64,000 bases of DNA from an uncultured Gammaproteobacteria bacterium (lineage in GTDB: Bacteria; Patescibacteriota; Patescibacteriia; Magasanikbacterales; UBA922), in contig CAYFPJ010000001.1 in assembly GCA_964344965.1 (NCBI GenBank), forward strand, positions 86,771 through 150,770. The letters are read 5' to 3'. A model generated the notes under the pieces. The model was not told where the DNA came from. It searched no databases and was given only the letters and a program-made list of their open reading frames with translations. Positions 27,081 through 36,693 of the stretch are shown here, in pieces. The first letter of the stretch is position 1. Each line of letters opens with the position of its first letter. The position numbers were made by a program, and so were the translations under genes.

Positions 27081-28574
27081 GTGTTAACTGATTACCAACG
27101 CTACCGTCTCTACGAAATCCTCCCCGGTCTCTCTATTTGGGGTACTTTGATATTGGCTATTTTTCTCTCATTTGTGAAGCCTTTATGGATGATTTATTTT
27201 ATCATCATCTTTGATATTTACTGGGTTTTGAAAGTAATTAATTTTTCTTTTTATTTGATAGTGGCTTGGAGCAGATTTCGACAGACCAGAAGGATTGATT
27301 GGAAAGATAAAATCAAACATGAATTAACAAACTATCAAGATAAATATCACCTAGTTTTCCTCACACTATATAATGAGGAGTGGGAAGTGGTAGAAACTGC
27401 AGTCGATAGTATTGCCAAGGCTGTCTATGATCGAGACAAGTTTGTCATCGTGGTGGCTGGCGAAGAACGGAAGAAAGAACACTATCAAAATATCTTGAGT
27501 CATATCAAGAATAAATTTTATAATAATTTCCATGATATTGTGGGAGTTTGTCACCCGAGTGACTTGCCGGACGAGATCCCAGGCAAGGGGTCCAATCTCC
27601 ACTATGCCGAACGAGAAATGAAAAAATACATTGATGAAAGAGATTGGAATTATGACAAAATAATTACCACTATTTTTGATATCGATACTGTCTGTCATCA
27701 CCAGTACTTTGCTTATCTTACTTATCTGTACTGCACTCACCCCAATCCAACCCGCAGCTCTTATCAACCAATCGCAGTCTACAACAACAACATTTGGGAT
27801 TCTCCAGCAGTACTCAGGATCATGGCTTTTGGTACCACCTTTTGGATGCTCACTTCTCTTGCCAGACAAGATGCTCTTGTCACTTTCTCTTCTCACTCTA
27901 TGAGCTTCCGAGCGATAGTCGATGCTGGATTTCATGAGAAGCGAATTGTCAGTGAAGACTCCAGAATTTTTTATCAATGCTTACTTGCTTATGATGGTAA
28001 CTATGAAGTAACACCAATGTACTTGCCAGTATCCATGGATACTGTTCGTGATGACAAGTGGAAAAAAAGTATTAAAAATCTCTACAATCAACAAAGGCGT
28101 TGGGCCTGGGGAGTAGAGCATGTTCCATATCTGCTCTGGGAATTTCGCAAAAAAGGAGAGTCTATTCCACTTTGGAAAAAGTTCAAATGGGTTTTCATCG
28201 AATGGGAAGGGAAGTGGTCTTGGTGTTTGATCGCTCTTCTCATTACTGTCCTTGGTCAATTACCGCTATGGGTGGCTCCAGAATCAGTTAGGCAGAGCGC
28301 CTTGTTTTTCAATGCTCCGCACATGTTGCAGATTCTCATGACTAGCGCCATGCTAGGGCTTGTACTTTCTGCTATACTGAGTTTACCACTTTTGCCACGA
28401 CGTCCAGAGTCACATCCTCGACACAAGTACGTGATCATGGTTTTGCAGTGGGTTCTTTTGCCAATCTCTCTAATATTTATTAGTGCTATCCCGGCAATCG
28501 ACGCTGTTACTCACATGATGAGGGGTAAGTATTTGGGATTCAATGTTTCGCAGAAGAAGCGTCTTAGGCACTGA
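27081..28574 (+). CDS. family 2 glycosyltransferase, processive type (cellulose/chitin synthase-like), membrane-bound
   Basis: QQRRW motif (NLYNQQRRWAWG), multiple TM segments and a GTG start. Confidence 0.7.
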   Translation: MLTDYQRYRLYEILPGLSIWGTLILAIFLSFVKPLWMIYFIIIFDIYWVLKVINFSFYLIVAWSRFRQTRRIDWKDKIKHELTNYQDKYHLVFLTLYNEEWEVVETAVDSIAKAVYDRDKFVIVVAGEERKKEHYQNILSHIKNKFYNNFHDIVGVCHPSDLPDEIPGKGSNLHYAEREMKKYIDERDWNYDKIITTIFDIDTVCHHQYFAYLTYLYCTHPNPTRSSYQPIAVYNNNIWDSPAVLRIMAFGTTFWMLTSLARQDALVTFSSHSMSFRAIVDAGFHEKRIVSEDSRIFYQCLLAYDGNYEVTPMYLPVSMDTVRDDKWKKSIKNLYNQQRRWAWGVEHVPYLLWEFRKKGESIPLWKKFKWVFIEWEGKWSWCLIALLITVLGQLPLWVAPESVRQSALFFNAPHMLQILMTSAMLGLVLSAILSLPLLPRRPESHPRHKYVIMVLQWVLLPISLIFISAIPAIDAVTHMMRGKYLGFNVSQKKRLRH

Positions 28575-28607
28575 ATACTTTAACACTTTAACACTTTAAC
28601 ACTTTAA
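28573..28607. repeat. tandem repeat (ACTTTAAC)x4
   Basis: Read directly. Confidence 0.8.
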
Positions 28608-28710
28608 CATCTTGATATCTTTTAATCCCCCTAATATCTTAATACTTTTTGGTTCTGTGCACGTTGTGTGTCTAGGTGTTTAAGTGCTAAGGTGTTCAAG
28701 TGAAGCCCGT

Positions 28711-30198
28711 ATGTTTTTTAGAAGAAAGAAAAAATCTAGTATTTGGAAATGGCTGTTTGGTTCTTGTTTAATTGTGGTTATTTCTTTTGCAATTTTTAGT
28801 TACTATGCCTTGCGTGATTTTGATTTGGCCACTGTGATTGATAATGATTTTGTAGAAGAGGTAATTCGGGCTGAGCTAAGTGAAGACCAAGGTGAAATTT
28901 TGGATATATTGCCGATAGTTTTGGGATTTACAGAGCCCAAGACTTACTTATTCCTTTTCCAAAACAACACAGAATTAAGACCAGGTGGAGGGTTTATTGG
29001 TGTCTATGCAGTTGTGGAAGTGGATAGAGGAAGTATGGAAATTGTTGAAGTTGAGGGGAGTGGAATTTTGGACAAAAGAGCTTCAAAAGATCTTTTACAG
29101 CCCCCACCTGAACCAGTCGGAGAATATCTGGGTGTCGACAGGTGGTATTTCCGTGACAGTAATTGGTCTCCAGACTTCGAAGAAAGTGCCAAAAAAGCTC
29201 TTGAGTTTTATAAAATTGAAGATGGGGTGAAAGCAAATGAAATTGATGTTGTGGTCGGAATTACCCCAACAGTTTTAGAAAGATTAATGAAAATTACAGG
29301 TGACTTCACTATTGAAGGTGTAGATTTTACTACTGAAAGTGTGACAGAGACTCTAGAATACGAAGTAGAATATGGTTATAAAGAAAAAGGAATTGTTTTT
29401 GAGGAGAGAAAAGCTATCATAAGACCATTTATGGAGGCACTTGTGAAAAGAGTGAAAGACACTTTGTTTGAAAATTATGAAAAATATTTTGATACCTTAC
29501 TAGATCTTGCTCATGAAAAACATTTGGTTTTCTTTTCCAAGACAGATGATCTCCAATTTTTGTTAGATCAGTTTGATTTGTCTGCAAACGTATTTGATAC
29601 AGAGGGCGATTATTTACTTTGGGTAGATGCCAATCTTGGTGCTTTAAAAACTGATCATGCTATGGACAGAACTTTGGACTATACTCTGTCCAAGCGTCCA
29701 GCTGCTCATGAGAGTGAATCAGATCGCTATCTTGCTTCGGCTACTATGGAATATGATCATCAGGGTACTTTTGATTGGCGGACTAGTCGCTATCTGACCT
29801 ATGCCAGAGTCTATGTGCCAAAAGGTTCAAAGCTGGTGTCTGTAGTTGGTAAAAAGAAAAATGGACAAGATATAAAATTGGAAGAAGTGGATAGCGGTGA
29901 AGAGCTTGGCAAACAATGGTTTGGGACTTATTTTTCAGTTGAGCCAGGTAACAAAAAATTATTATCATTTATTTATCAGTTACCATCAAATATAAAAGAA
30001 AATATTGATAGTAATAACTATAATTTAACCATTCAAAAACAACTTGGCACGGTTGATCACAGATTGACGCTCCACCTTGATTTTGGTAAGCTTATTCAGT
30101 CTGCAAATCCGGCTGAGTCAGAAGAAAAATGGGGCGATACTACTTATGAATACGAAGGTGACCTGAGGTTGGATCGGGAGTTTAATATTTCATTCTGA
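28711..30198 (+). CDS. DUF4012-like membrane-anchored protein
   Basis: N-terminal TM, then NTELRPGGGFIGVYAVVEV, which resembles the DUF4012 core. This family is often found beside glycosyltransferases. Start set at the ATG at 28711. Confidence 0.55.
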   Translation: MFFRRKKKSSIWKWLFGSCLIVVISFAIFSYYALRDFDLATVIDNDFVEEVIRAELSEDQGEILDILPIVLGFTEPKTYLFLFQNNTELRPGGGFIGVYAVVEVDRGSMEIVEVEGSGILDKRASKDLLQPPPEPVGEYLGVDRWYFRDSNWSPDFEESAKKALEFYKIEDGVKANEIDVVVGITPTVLERLMKITGDFTIEGVDFTTESVTETLEYEVEYGYKEKGIVFEERKAIIRPFMEALVKRVKDTLFENYEKYFDTLLDLAHEKHLVFFSKTDDLQFLLDQFDLSANVFDTEGDYLLWVDANLGALKTDHAMDRTLDYTLSKRPAAHESESDRYLASATMEYDHQGTFDWRTSRYLTYARVYVPKGSKLVSVVGKKKNGQDIKLEEVDSGEELGKQWFGTYFSVEPGNKKLLSFIYQLPSNIKENIDSNNYNLTIQKQLGTVDHRLTLHLDFGKLIQSANPAESEEKWGDTTYEYEGDLRLDREFNISF

Positions 30199-30313
30199 GC
30201 GCAGCGAAGAATCTTTCGGAGTCAATACACTTACATCATACAAATAATATATGTATATTGAATATTATTCACTCCGAAAGATCCTTCGTCGTCCTTTGGG
30301 ACTCCTCAGGATT
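30190..30313. repeat. family B palindromic element, degenerate
   Basis: TCATTCTGAGCGCAGCGAAGAATCTTTCGGAG ... CTCCGAAAGATCCTTCGTCGTCC. Confidence 0.55.
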
Positions 30314-30324
30314 ACAAATAATTT

Positions 30325-31332
30325 ATGTGGATAAAAAAAGTGGCAATTGATCTTGGTACTACGAACGTTTTGGTTCATATTCCGAAGCGAGGTATTGTGA
30401 TTAACGAACCTTCTGTGGTGGCGATATCAGTGAATGATAAGAAGGTGTTGGCAGTTGGTCTAGAGGCAAAAGACATGATTGGGCGTACGCCAGACACTAT
30501 AATAGCTGAAAGACCACTGAAAGATGGGGTTGTGGCTAATTATCGTACTACCGAAGCCATGCTTCGTTATTTTATCAATAAAGCTATTGGTGGCGCTCGG
30601 CTTTTTCGACCGGAAGTGATGGTGGCTGTGCCTGCTGGAATTACTTCTACAGAACGCAGGGCTGTAATTGACGCCTCAATGGCAGCAGGGGCCAAGGCGG
30701 CCTACATCATCAAGGAGCCAATTGTAGCTGCCATTGGAGCTGATATTCCGATTGGGACGGCTAGTGGGCACATGATCATAGACATTGGAGGCGGCACAGC
30801 AGAGATTGCTGTCATCTCTCTTGGTGGGATTGTCTCTTGCGGTTCGGTCAGGATTGGTGGCAATCGTTTTGACAAATCAATTGCTGAGCATATTCGTAAA
30901 AAGCATGGGTTGGCAGTAGGGGAAAGGACTGCAGAAGAGGTGAAGATCAGGGTTGGGTCAGCCATGTTTATGAATAAACCTCTTGAGATGGAGGTCAAGG
31001 GTCGAGATATGATATCTGGCTTACCTCGTATTATCAAAGTGACATCTAGTGATACTACAGAAGCTTTACAACTTGATCTAGAGGATTTGATAGATGCTGT
31101 CAAAAAAGTTCTTCATGATACTCCACCAGAATTATCTGCTGATGTAATGGAAAAGGGTATCATCATGTCTGGTGGATCAAGCCAACTTCGTAATCTTGAC
31201 GAGCTAGTCACCCAGGCCACAGGTGTTGCTTGTTATGTGGCAGAGGAACCGATGCTTTGTGTAGCCAAAGGTACTGGCATTGCACTTGAGAATCTTGATA
31301 GCTACAAGAGGAGTATTATGGCAACTAAGTAG
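30325..31332 (+). CDS. mreB: rod shape-determining protein MreB
   Basis: Actin-like ATPase; IDLGTTNVLV and the other phosphate-binding motifs are present. Confidence 0.9.
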   Translation: MWIKKVAIDLGTTNVLVHIPKRGIVINEPSVVAISVNDKKVLAVGLEAKDMIGRTPDTIIAERPLKDGVVANYRTTEAMLRYFINKAIGGARLFRPEVMVAVPAGITSTERRAVIDASMAAGAKAAYIIKEPIVAAIGADIPIGTASGHMIIDIGGGTAEIAVISLGGIVSCGSVRIGGNRFDKSIAEHIRKKHGLAVGERTAEEVKIRVGSAMFMNKPLEMEVKGRDMISGLPRIIKVTSSDTTEALQLDLEDLIDAVKKVLHDTPPELSADVMEKGIIMSGGSSQLRNLDELVTQATGVACYVAEEPMLCVAKGTGIALENLDSYKRSIMATK

Positions 31333-31403
31333 TTTCCTTCGACTTTACTCAGGGCAAGCTTTGTTCATAGTTCATAGTTCATAGTTTTTGTGGACGGTGA
31401 ATT

Positions 31404-32615
31404 ATGAAAACAAACTTTGATTCAATTGAGGATGCTGTCCGTGCTATAAAAGATGGAGAGGTGGTAATTATCGTCGATGACGAGGGTCGGGAGAATGAGG
31501 GAGACCTAGTAATGGCGGCCGAGTACGTCACAGAAGAGCAAATGGCTTTCATCATCCGTCACACTGGCGGAGTTGTTTGTCTTGCAGTGGAAAACGATCT
31601 AGCCGACAGATTGGATTTACCACCGATGGTGGTCAAAAATACTTCCAAATTAGAGACTGCTTTCACAGTCAGCATCGAGGCTAAAGAGGGGACGACCACA
31701 GGTATTTCAGCTCAGGATCGAGTAACGACCATCAAGGCTGCCATTGCTGATGACGCTAAGCCAGATGATTTGTCTCGTCCTGGCCATGTTTTTCCACTGC
31801 GAGCCCAGCATGGTGGTGTGCTTTGGCGCGGGGGGCACACCGAAGCTTCGGTTGATCTCTGCAATTTGGCTGCCGTCAAGCCGGCTGCGGTGATAAGTGA
31901 ACTTATGGATGATGATGGTAAGATGATGCGTCTACCAGAGTTGCTTAAATTCGCCGAAGAACACAATCTGGCGATTGTCTCAGTAGCTGACCTGATTGCT
32001 CACAGACACAAGAATGAATCCTTCATCGAACTGGCGGCAGAAACAGACTTGCAGACCAAGACCGGAATCTGGCAAATGAAAGTCTATAAGGACTTGCTTC
32101 ATGGTACTCTCCATACTGCTTTAGTCAAAGGAGATGTCAGTGGCGATCAATCAGTTCTAGTTCGTGTTCATTCAGAATGCTTCACTGGTGATGTGCTCGG
32201 GTCTCTTCATTGTGATTGTGGGCAGCAGTTGTCAAAAGCAATGGCTGATATCGAAAAAGAAGGTTCAGGAATTATTCTCTATATGGAGCAAGAGGGAAGA
32301 GGGATTGGATTGGTTAATAAAATAAAAGCTTATCAGCTCCAACACAAAAAAGGTCTTGATACGGTGGAAGCCAATTTGGCTCTTGGTCTACCAGAAGATC
32401 TCCGTGAATATGGAATAGGAGCGCAGATTATCAAGGATCAGGGAGTACGCAAGATTCGTCTCATGACAAATAATCCTAAGAAGATGGGGGGAATTACAGG
32501 TTATGGAATAGAAGTTGTCGAGCAAGTTCCGATTGAGATTCCAGCCAATGGAGTGGATGATAAATATTTGCAGACTAAGAAGGAGAAGATGGGGCACGTG
32601 TTGAGTAATTTTTAA
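31404..32615 (+). CDS. ribBA: bifunctional 3,4-dihydroxy-2-butanone-4-phosphate synthase / GTP cyclohydrolase II
   Basis: RibB and RibA domains are both present; the GTP cyclohydrolase half has CxCGxQL zinc ligands. Confidence 0.9.
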   Translation: MKTNFDSIEDAVRAIKDGEVVIIVDDEGRENEGDLVMAAEYVTEEQMAFIIRHTGGVVCLAVENDLADRLDLPPMVVKNTSKLETAFTVSIEAKEGTTTGISAQDRVTTIKAAIADDAKPDDLSRPGHVFPLRAQHGGVLWRGGHTEASVDLCNLAAVKPAAVISELMDDDGKMMRLPELLKFAEEHNLAIVSVADLIAHRHKNESFIELAAETDLQTKTGIWQMKVYKDLLHGTLHTALVKGDVSGDQSVLVRVHSECFTGDVLGSLHCDCGQQLSKAMADIEKEGSGIILYMEQEGRGIGLVNKIKAYQLQHKKGLDTVEANLALGLPEDLREYGIGAQIIKDQGVRKIRLMTNNPKKMGGITGYGIEVVEQVPIEIPANGVDDKYLQTKKEKMGHVLSNF

Positions 32616-32776
32616 TTTATAATTTAAAATTTTTAAACAATTTTTAATTAATAAATTTACAATGTTACAAGTTTAATACTTGCTTTGACATACTGTATTT
32701 ATAAGTTTTGTACATTAAAAATTAAATCATTGTAAATTGTTTTCAAATTAAAAATTTCAAATTGTAAATTTTCAAT
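32616..32776. repeat. family F MITE-like element
   Basis: Shared TIRs; the central part diverges. Confidence 0.6.
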
Positions 32777-33874
32777 ATGTTCATGCAACGCGCCATCGAA
32801 CTCGCTAAAAAAGGAATTGGCCATGTCTCACCCAATCCTGCTGTTGGTGCTGTCTTGGTGAAGAAAGGAAAAATCATTGGCGAAGGGTGGCATCGGAAGT
32901 ATGGTGGTCCTCATGCTGAAGTGGAAGCTGTGAAAAATGCAAGAGAGAATGTAAAAGGAGCTACTCTTTATGTTACGCTTGAGCCCTGCTGCCATTTTGG
33001 TAAGACTCCGCCTTGTACAGATTTGGTAGTTTCTTCTGGTATCAAGAAGGTGGTGATCGGAATGAAAGATCCCTTCCCAAAGGTCCATGGTAAGGGTTTT
33101 GGGATTTTGAAAAAAAATAAAATTGAGGTGGAATATCTCTCCAAAAGTTCTCCAGATTACAAAGCAATCAGAACCATGATGCAGTCCTATATCAAGTGGA
33201 TGACGACTGGACTGCCCTATATTACTCTCAAGGCGGGGATCAGTCTGGATGGTAAAGTTGCCACCAGGACTGGTCAGTCACAATGGATTACAAGTGATAG
33301 AGCTCGGAAAGATGCTCGCATGGAGAGAAGTCTATGTGATGCTGTGCTGGTAGGATCGGGGACTGTACTGGCTGATGATCCAGAGCTTGCTCCTCACGGT
33401 AGATTTCGCAACAAGAATTTACTAAGAGTAATTATTGACCCTGCCCTTGAGCTGAAAACAAGTCTAGATGTCTTTCGAGATGAGAATGTCTTTGTTGCCT
33501 GCAGTAATTTAGCCAGTGAGAAAAATAGAGAGAAGTTCAAAAAGGCTAACATTGACTTCAAATCTTTTGGAGTAAAAAAAGTCTCTTTGAAAAAGCTTCT
33601 TCAGCACTTGGGTAAAAAATATGTTCAACATCTTTATGTCGAGGGCGGTAGCGGTACTCATGGTTATTTTGTCGACGACGCTTATTATGATCCACTACTT
33701 GTTGACCGGGTTTTATTCTATATCGCTCCGAAGATTATTGGTGGGGTAGATTCTTTGCCAGCTGTTGGGGGTAGGGGATTTGCCACTTTGGAAAAAAGTC
33801 TGAAATTGGATAATGTGGAGACTAGCATGGTAGGTGATGATTTGAAATATATGGGAGTGGTTAATTTTTATTGA
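32777..33874 (+). CDS. ribD: riboflavin biosynthesis deaminase/reductase
   Basis: HAEVEA...LEPCCHFGKTPPC deaminase zinc site plus a reductase domain. Confidence 0.88.
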   Translation: MFMQRAIELAKKGIGHVSPNPAVGAVLVKKGKIIGEGWHRKYGGPHAEVEAVKNARENVKGATLYVTLEPCCHFGKTPPCTDLVVSSGIKKVVIGMKDPFPKVHGKGFGILKKNKIEVEYLSKSSPDYKAIRTMMQSYIKWMTTGLPYITLKAGISLDGKVATRTGQSQWITSDRARKDARMERSLCDAVLVGSGTVLADDPELAPHGRFRNKNLLRVIIDPALELKTSLDVFRDENVFVACSNLASEKNREKFKKANIDFKSFGVKKVSLKKLLQHLGKKYVQHLYVEGGSGTHGYFVDDAYYDPLLVDRVLFYIAPKIIGGVDSLPAVGGRGFATLEKSLKLDNVETSMVGDDLKYMGVVNFY

Positions 33875-33881
33875 CTTATAT

Positions 33882-34496
33882 ATGATAAAAGCATTTTTTT
33901 TCGACTTCGATGGTGTACTGACTACTGATCCTAGTGGTTCTTTTTCTACTTCCAAATATCTTTCAGAAAAATATCAAATTGATCAAGATCTAATTAGATC
34001 TGCTTATCACGAAGAATTTTTTGGTAGAGATAAAATAAAAGGGTTAATCAATGAGTCTGGGTGGTCAAGAGCTTGTGAGAAAATAGGATCTGATATTCCA
34101 TATCAAGAGTTGAAATACGCAATGGGACACCCTCCAAGAAATGAAAAAATGATTGCACTTCTAAAAAGTTTGAAAAAGAATTACAAGGTGGGATTAATCA
34201 CTGATAATCCAACCGAAAGAGCAGTTTTGCTTTATCAAACTTTTAATTTTGAAGATCTCTTTGATTCTCTTGTTATCTCTGCTGAGGTTGGCTCTATGAA
34301 AAATGAGCAGCCAATTTTTGAAGCTGCACTAGATTCTCTCAATATGTTACCAAATCAATGTGTATTTGTAGACAATAAAGAGAAAAATTTGATAATCCCA
34401 AAACAAATGGGATTCCAAACATACTTTCATGATCAAGAAAAAAATGATGTTGATAGCTTTGTGGAATTTTTGAAAAGTTTGCAAGTAAAAATATGA
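33882..34496 (+). CDS. HAD-superfamily hydrolase (possibly the riboflavin-pathway phosphatase)
   Basis: FFDFDGVLT motif I; the specific role is inferred from its position next to rib genes. Confidence 0.6.
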   Translation: MIKAFFFDFDGVLTTDPSGSFSTSKYLSEKYQIDQDLIRSAYHEEFFGRDKIKGLINESGWSRACEKIGSDIPYQELKYAMGHPPRNEKMIALLKSLKKNYKVGLITDNPTERAVLLYQTFNFEDLFDSLVISAEVGSMKNEQPIFEAALDSLNMLPNQCVFVDNKEKNLIIPKQMGFQTYFHDQEKNDVDSFVEFLKSLQVKI

Positions 34497-35626
34497 TCAT
34501 CGGCATCGACGCTAGTCGGGCAAATCATGAGCAGAAGACAGGTGTAGAATGGTATGCTTATTTTTTGATTAGAGAGTTCATGGTTCATAGTTCATCGCTC
34601 ATGGAGCAGGACGTTGAGTTTGTCTTGTACACAGACAAGCCTTTGCAAGGAGAATTGGCTAAGTTGCCAGAAGGGTGGAGTGAAAAAGTTTTGCATTGGC
34701 CTTTAGGTAGATTTTGGACGCAGATTCGGATGAGTTGGGAGATGTTTCGTAATCCGCCTGATGTCTTGTTCATCCCAGCTCATGTCTTCCCGATTATTCA
34801 CCCGAAGAAGACTGTGATGACAGTTCACGATGTGGCTGCTACCAGGTTTCCAGAAAGTTATAATTGGTTTGAAAGGTGGTATTCGGTGTGGTCGGCGCGG
34901 TATGCAGTGAAAAAATTGTGGAAAGTGGTAGTGCCGAGTGAGTTTACGAAAAATGAATTGACTTCAGACTTCAGACTTCAGACTTCAGGTAATATATCCG
35001 TAGTGCATCATGGATATGATGAGAAATATCGAGTGATTGAAGATAAGATAAATATTAGACAAATATTAGACAAATATTCTATTGCTAAGCCGTTTGTGAT
35101 GTCGATTGGAAGACTGGAGCATAAGAAGAATACATTGCGTATTGTTGAGGCATTTGAAAAAGTAAAAAGTCAACTGTCAACTGTCAACTGTCAACTGTTG
35201 TTGATTGGTAAATCAGGCTTTGGATATTCAAAGATCAAGTCGGTAATAGATAACTCTCAATTCAAATCAGACATAATTGCACCGGGCTGGGTAGATGAAG
35301 AAGATATCCCAATACTCATGAATGCGGCAGAAGTTTTTGTTTTCCCGAGTCTATACGAGGGGTTTGGTATCCCAGTTTTGGAAGCACTTGCCTGTCGAAC
35401 ACCTGTGGTTGCATCTCGAGGGAGTAGCTTGGAAGAAGTGGGAGGAGATTGCGCTCTGTATGTTGATCCTGAGAAGCCAGAAGAAATTGCCAATGCTATT
35501 ATTGAATTAATGCAAAATGATAAACTTAGAATGAAAAAAGTTGAATTGGGAATGGAGAGAGTGAAAGAATTTTCTTGGGAAAAATGTGCTAAAGAGACTT
35601 TGGATATTTTGTTGTCTAGGGATTAA
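34493..35626 (+). CDS. family 4 (GT-B fold) glycosyltransferase
   Basis: EVFVFPSLYEGFGIPVLEALACRTPVV motif. It contains (ACTTCAG)x4 at 34961-34988 and (CAACTGT)x4 at 35171-35198. Confidence 0.8.
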   Translation: MIIGIDASRANHEQKTGVEWYAYFLIREFMVHSSSLMEQDVEFVLYTDKPLQGELAKLPEGWSEKVLHWPLGRFWTQIRMSWEMFRNPPDVLFIPAHVFPIIHPKKTVMTVHDVAATRFPESYNWFERWYSVWSARYAVKKLWKVVVPSEFTKNELTSDFRLQTSGNISVVHHGYDEKYRVIEDKINIRQILDKYSIAKPFVMSIGRLEHKKNTLRIVEAFEKVKSQLSTVNCQLLLIGKSGFGYSKIKSVIDNSQFKSDIIAPGWVDEEDIPILMNAAEVFVFPSLYEGFGIPVLEALACRTPVVASRGSSLEEVGGDCALYVDPEKPEEIANAIIELMQNDKLRMKKVELGMERVKEFSWEKCAKETLDILLSRD

Positions 35627-35648
35627 GACTGTGCTACACTAGGCCCAT

Positions 35649-36551
35649 ATGAGAGATGAAGTTATCGGTCACAAACAAGTTTTTGATTTTTTTGATAAGG
35701 TGATTGAAAATGGCAATCTCAGTCATGCCTATTGTTTTGTTGGTCCAGACAGTGTCGGTAAGTTGACTGTGGCAAAAGAAATTAGCGCCCAGTTGCTTGA
35801 AGTTTCTTCAGATAAGCTAAATATCACACCTGATTTTTCACTGGTCCAGCAGATCCAGGATGAGAAGACTGGTAAGACCAAAAAAAATATCTCGATTGAA
35901 CAATTACAAGCTTTGAGATCTTTTTTGACTGGAAGTCCCTTTGTCAAAAAGTACAAAATTGCTGTCATTGATGAAGCCGAAAAAATGAGTATAGGAGCCT
36001 CCAATGCTCTCCTAAAAACCCTTGAGGAGCCTAGCATAAATACCATAATATTCCTCATTACCAAAGATGAGAGTTTGCTCCCAGCTACCATTCAGTCTCG
36101 TTGTCAGATGGTCTATTTCCACCCAGTATCATCTCAAGATATATTTAATTTTTTATTTCAAGATGGTGGTAAGTTTGCAGAGGAGATTGTTAAGTATTCT
36201 TATGGCCTACCAGGCAGAGCCATAGCTTGGAAAGATGATCCGGAGTCGTTTGAAAAATACAAAGCAGAACGAGACAGGTTCGCAGGCTTAATTGGTAAGC
36301 CATTTTATCAAAAGTTAAAAAATGTTGACGAGTTATTTGGTGACAAGACAGATCATGTTGCTACCAGAAATAAGTTACAGGAAGTACTCGGTATTTGGCA
36401 GACTATGTTAAGTTCTTTCGAGGATAATCTAGAAATAGATACAAATCAAAAAGTGGATATATATGACCAAATCTTGTATACTATAGAAATGTTAAATAAG
36501 AATGTTCATCCTCGGTTGTTGGTTGAACAAGTTTTGTTGAAGTTGCCTTGA
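35649..36551 (+). CDS. holB: DNA polymerase III delta-prime subunit
   Basis: AAA+ clamp-loader fold with HAYCFVGPDSVGKLTVA; 300 aa. Confidence 0.75.
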   Translation: MRDEVIGHKQVFDFFDKVIENGNLSHAYCFVGPDSVGKLTVAKEISAQLLEVSSDKLNITPDFSLVQQIQDEKTGKTKKNISIEQLQALRSFLTGSPFVKKYKIAVIDEAEKMSIGASNALLKTLEEPSINTIIFLITKDESLLPATIQSRCQMVYFHPVSSQDIFNFLFQDGGKFAEEIVKYSYGLPGRAIAWKDDPESFEKYKAERDRFAGLIGKPFYQKLKNVDELFGDKTDHVATRNKLQEVLGIWQTMLSSFEDNLEIDTNQKVDIYDQILYTIEMLNKNVHPRLLVEQVLLKLP

Positions 36552-36693
36552 ATTACAAAAATCTCTACCTCAGTATTTCTTTTTTTCTTGGACCGAAGGT
36601 GCAAAATCACATCGGCTCCAATAAAAAAAGAAATATTGGGTTGTGTCTAGAATTTTGTAGTTCAAGGAAAGTTATCATAACTTACTTAAATTT

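Noticed and set aside
28573-28607. Possible CRISPR array (regular short repeats)
   Set aside because: Four directly abutting 8-nt units with no spacers; this is a simple tandem repeat, not CRISPR. No CRISPR-like repeat-spacer structure was seen anywhere in the window.
28684-28710. Upstream start (MLRCSSEARM...) for the DUF4012-like gene
   Set aside because: Non-ATG start in the ORF track; the ATG at 28711 gives a normal signal-anchor N-terminus.
31333-31403. FMN riboswitch upstream of ribBA
   Set aside because: The gap is only about 70 nt and consists mainly of a (GTTCATA)x3 repeat; too short and lacking FMN-aptamer conserved segments.
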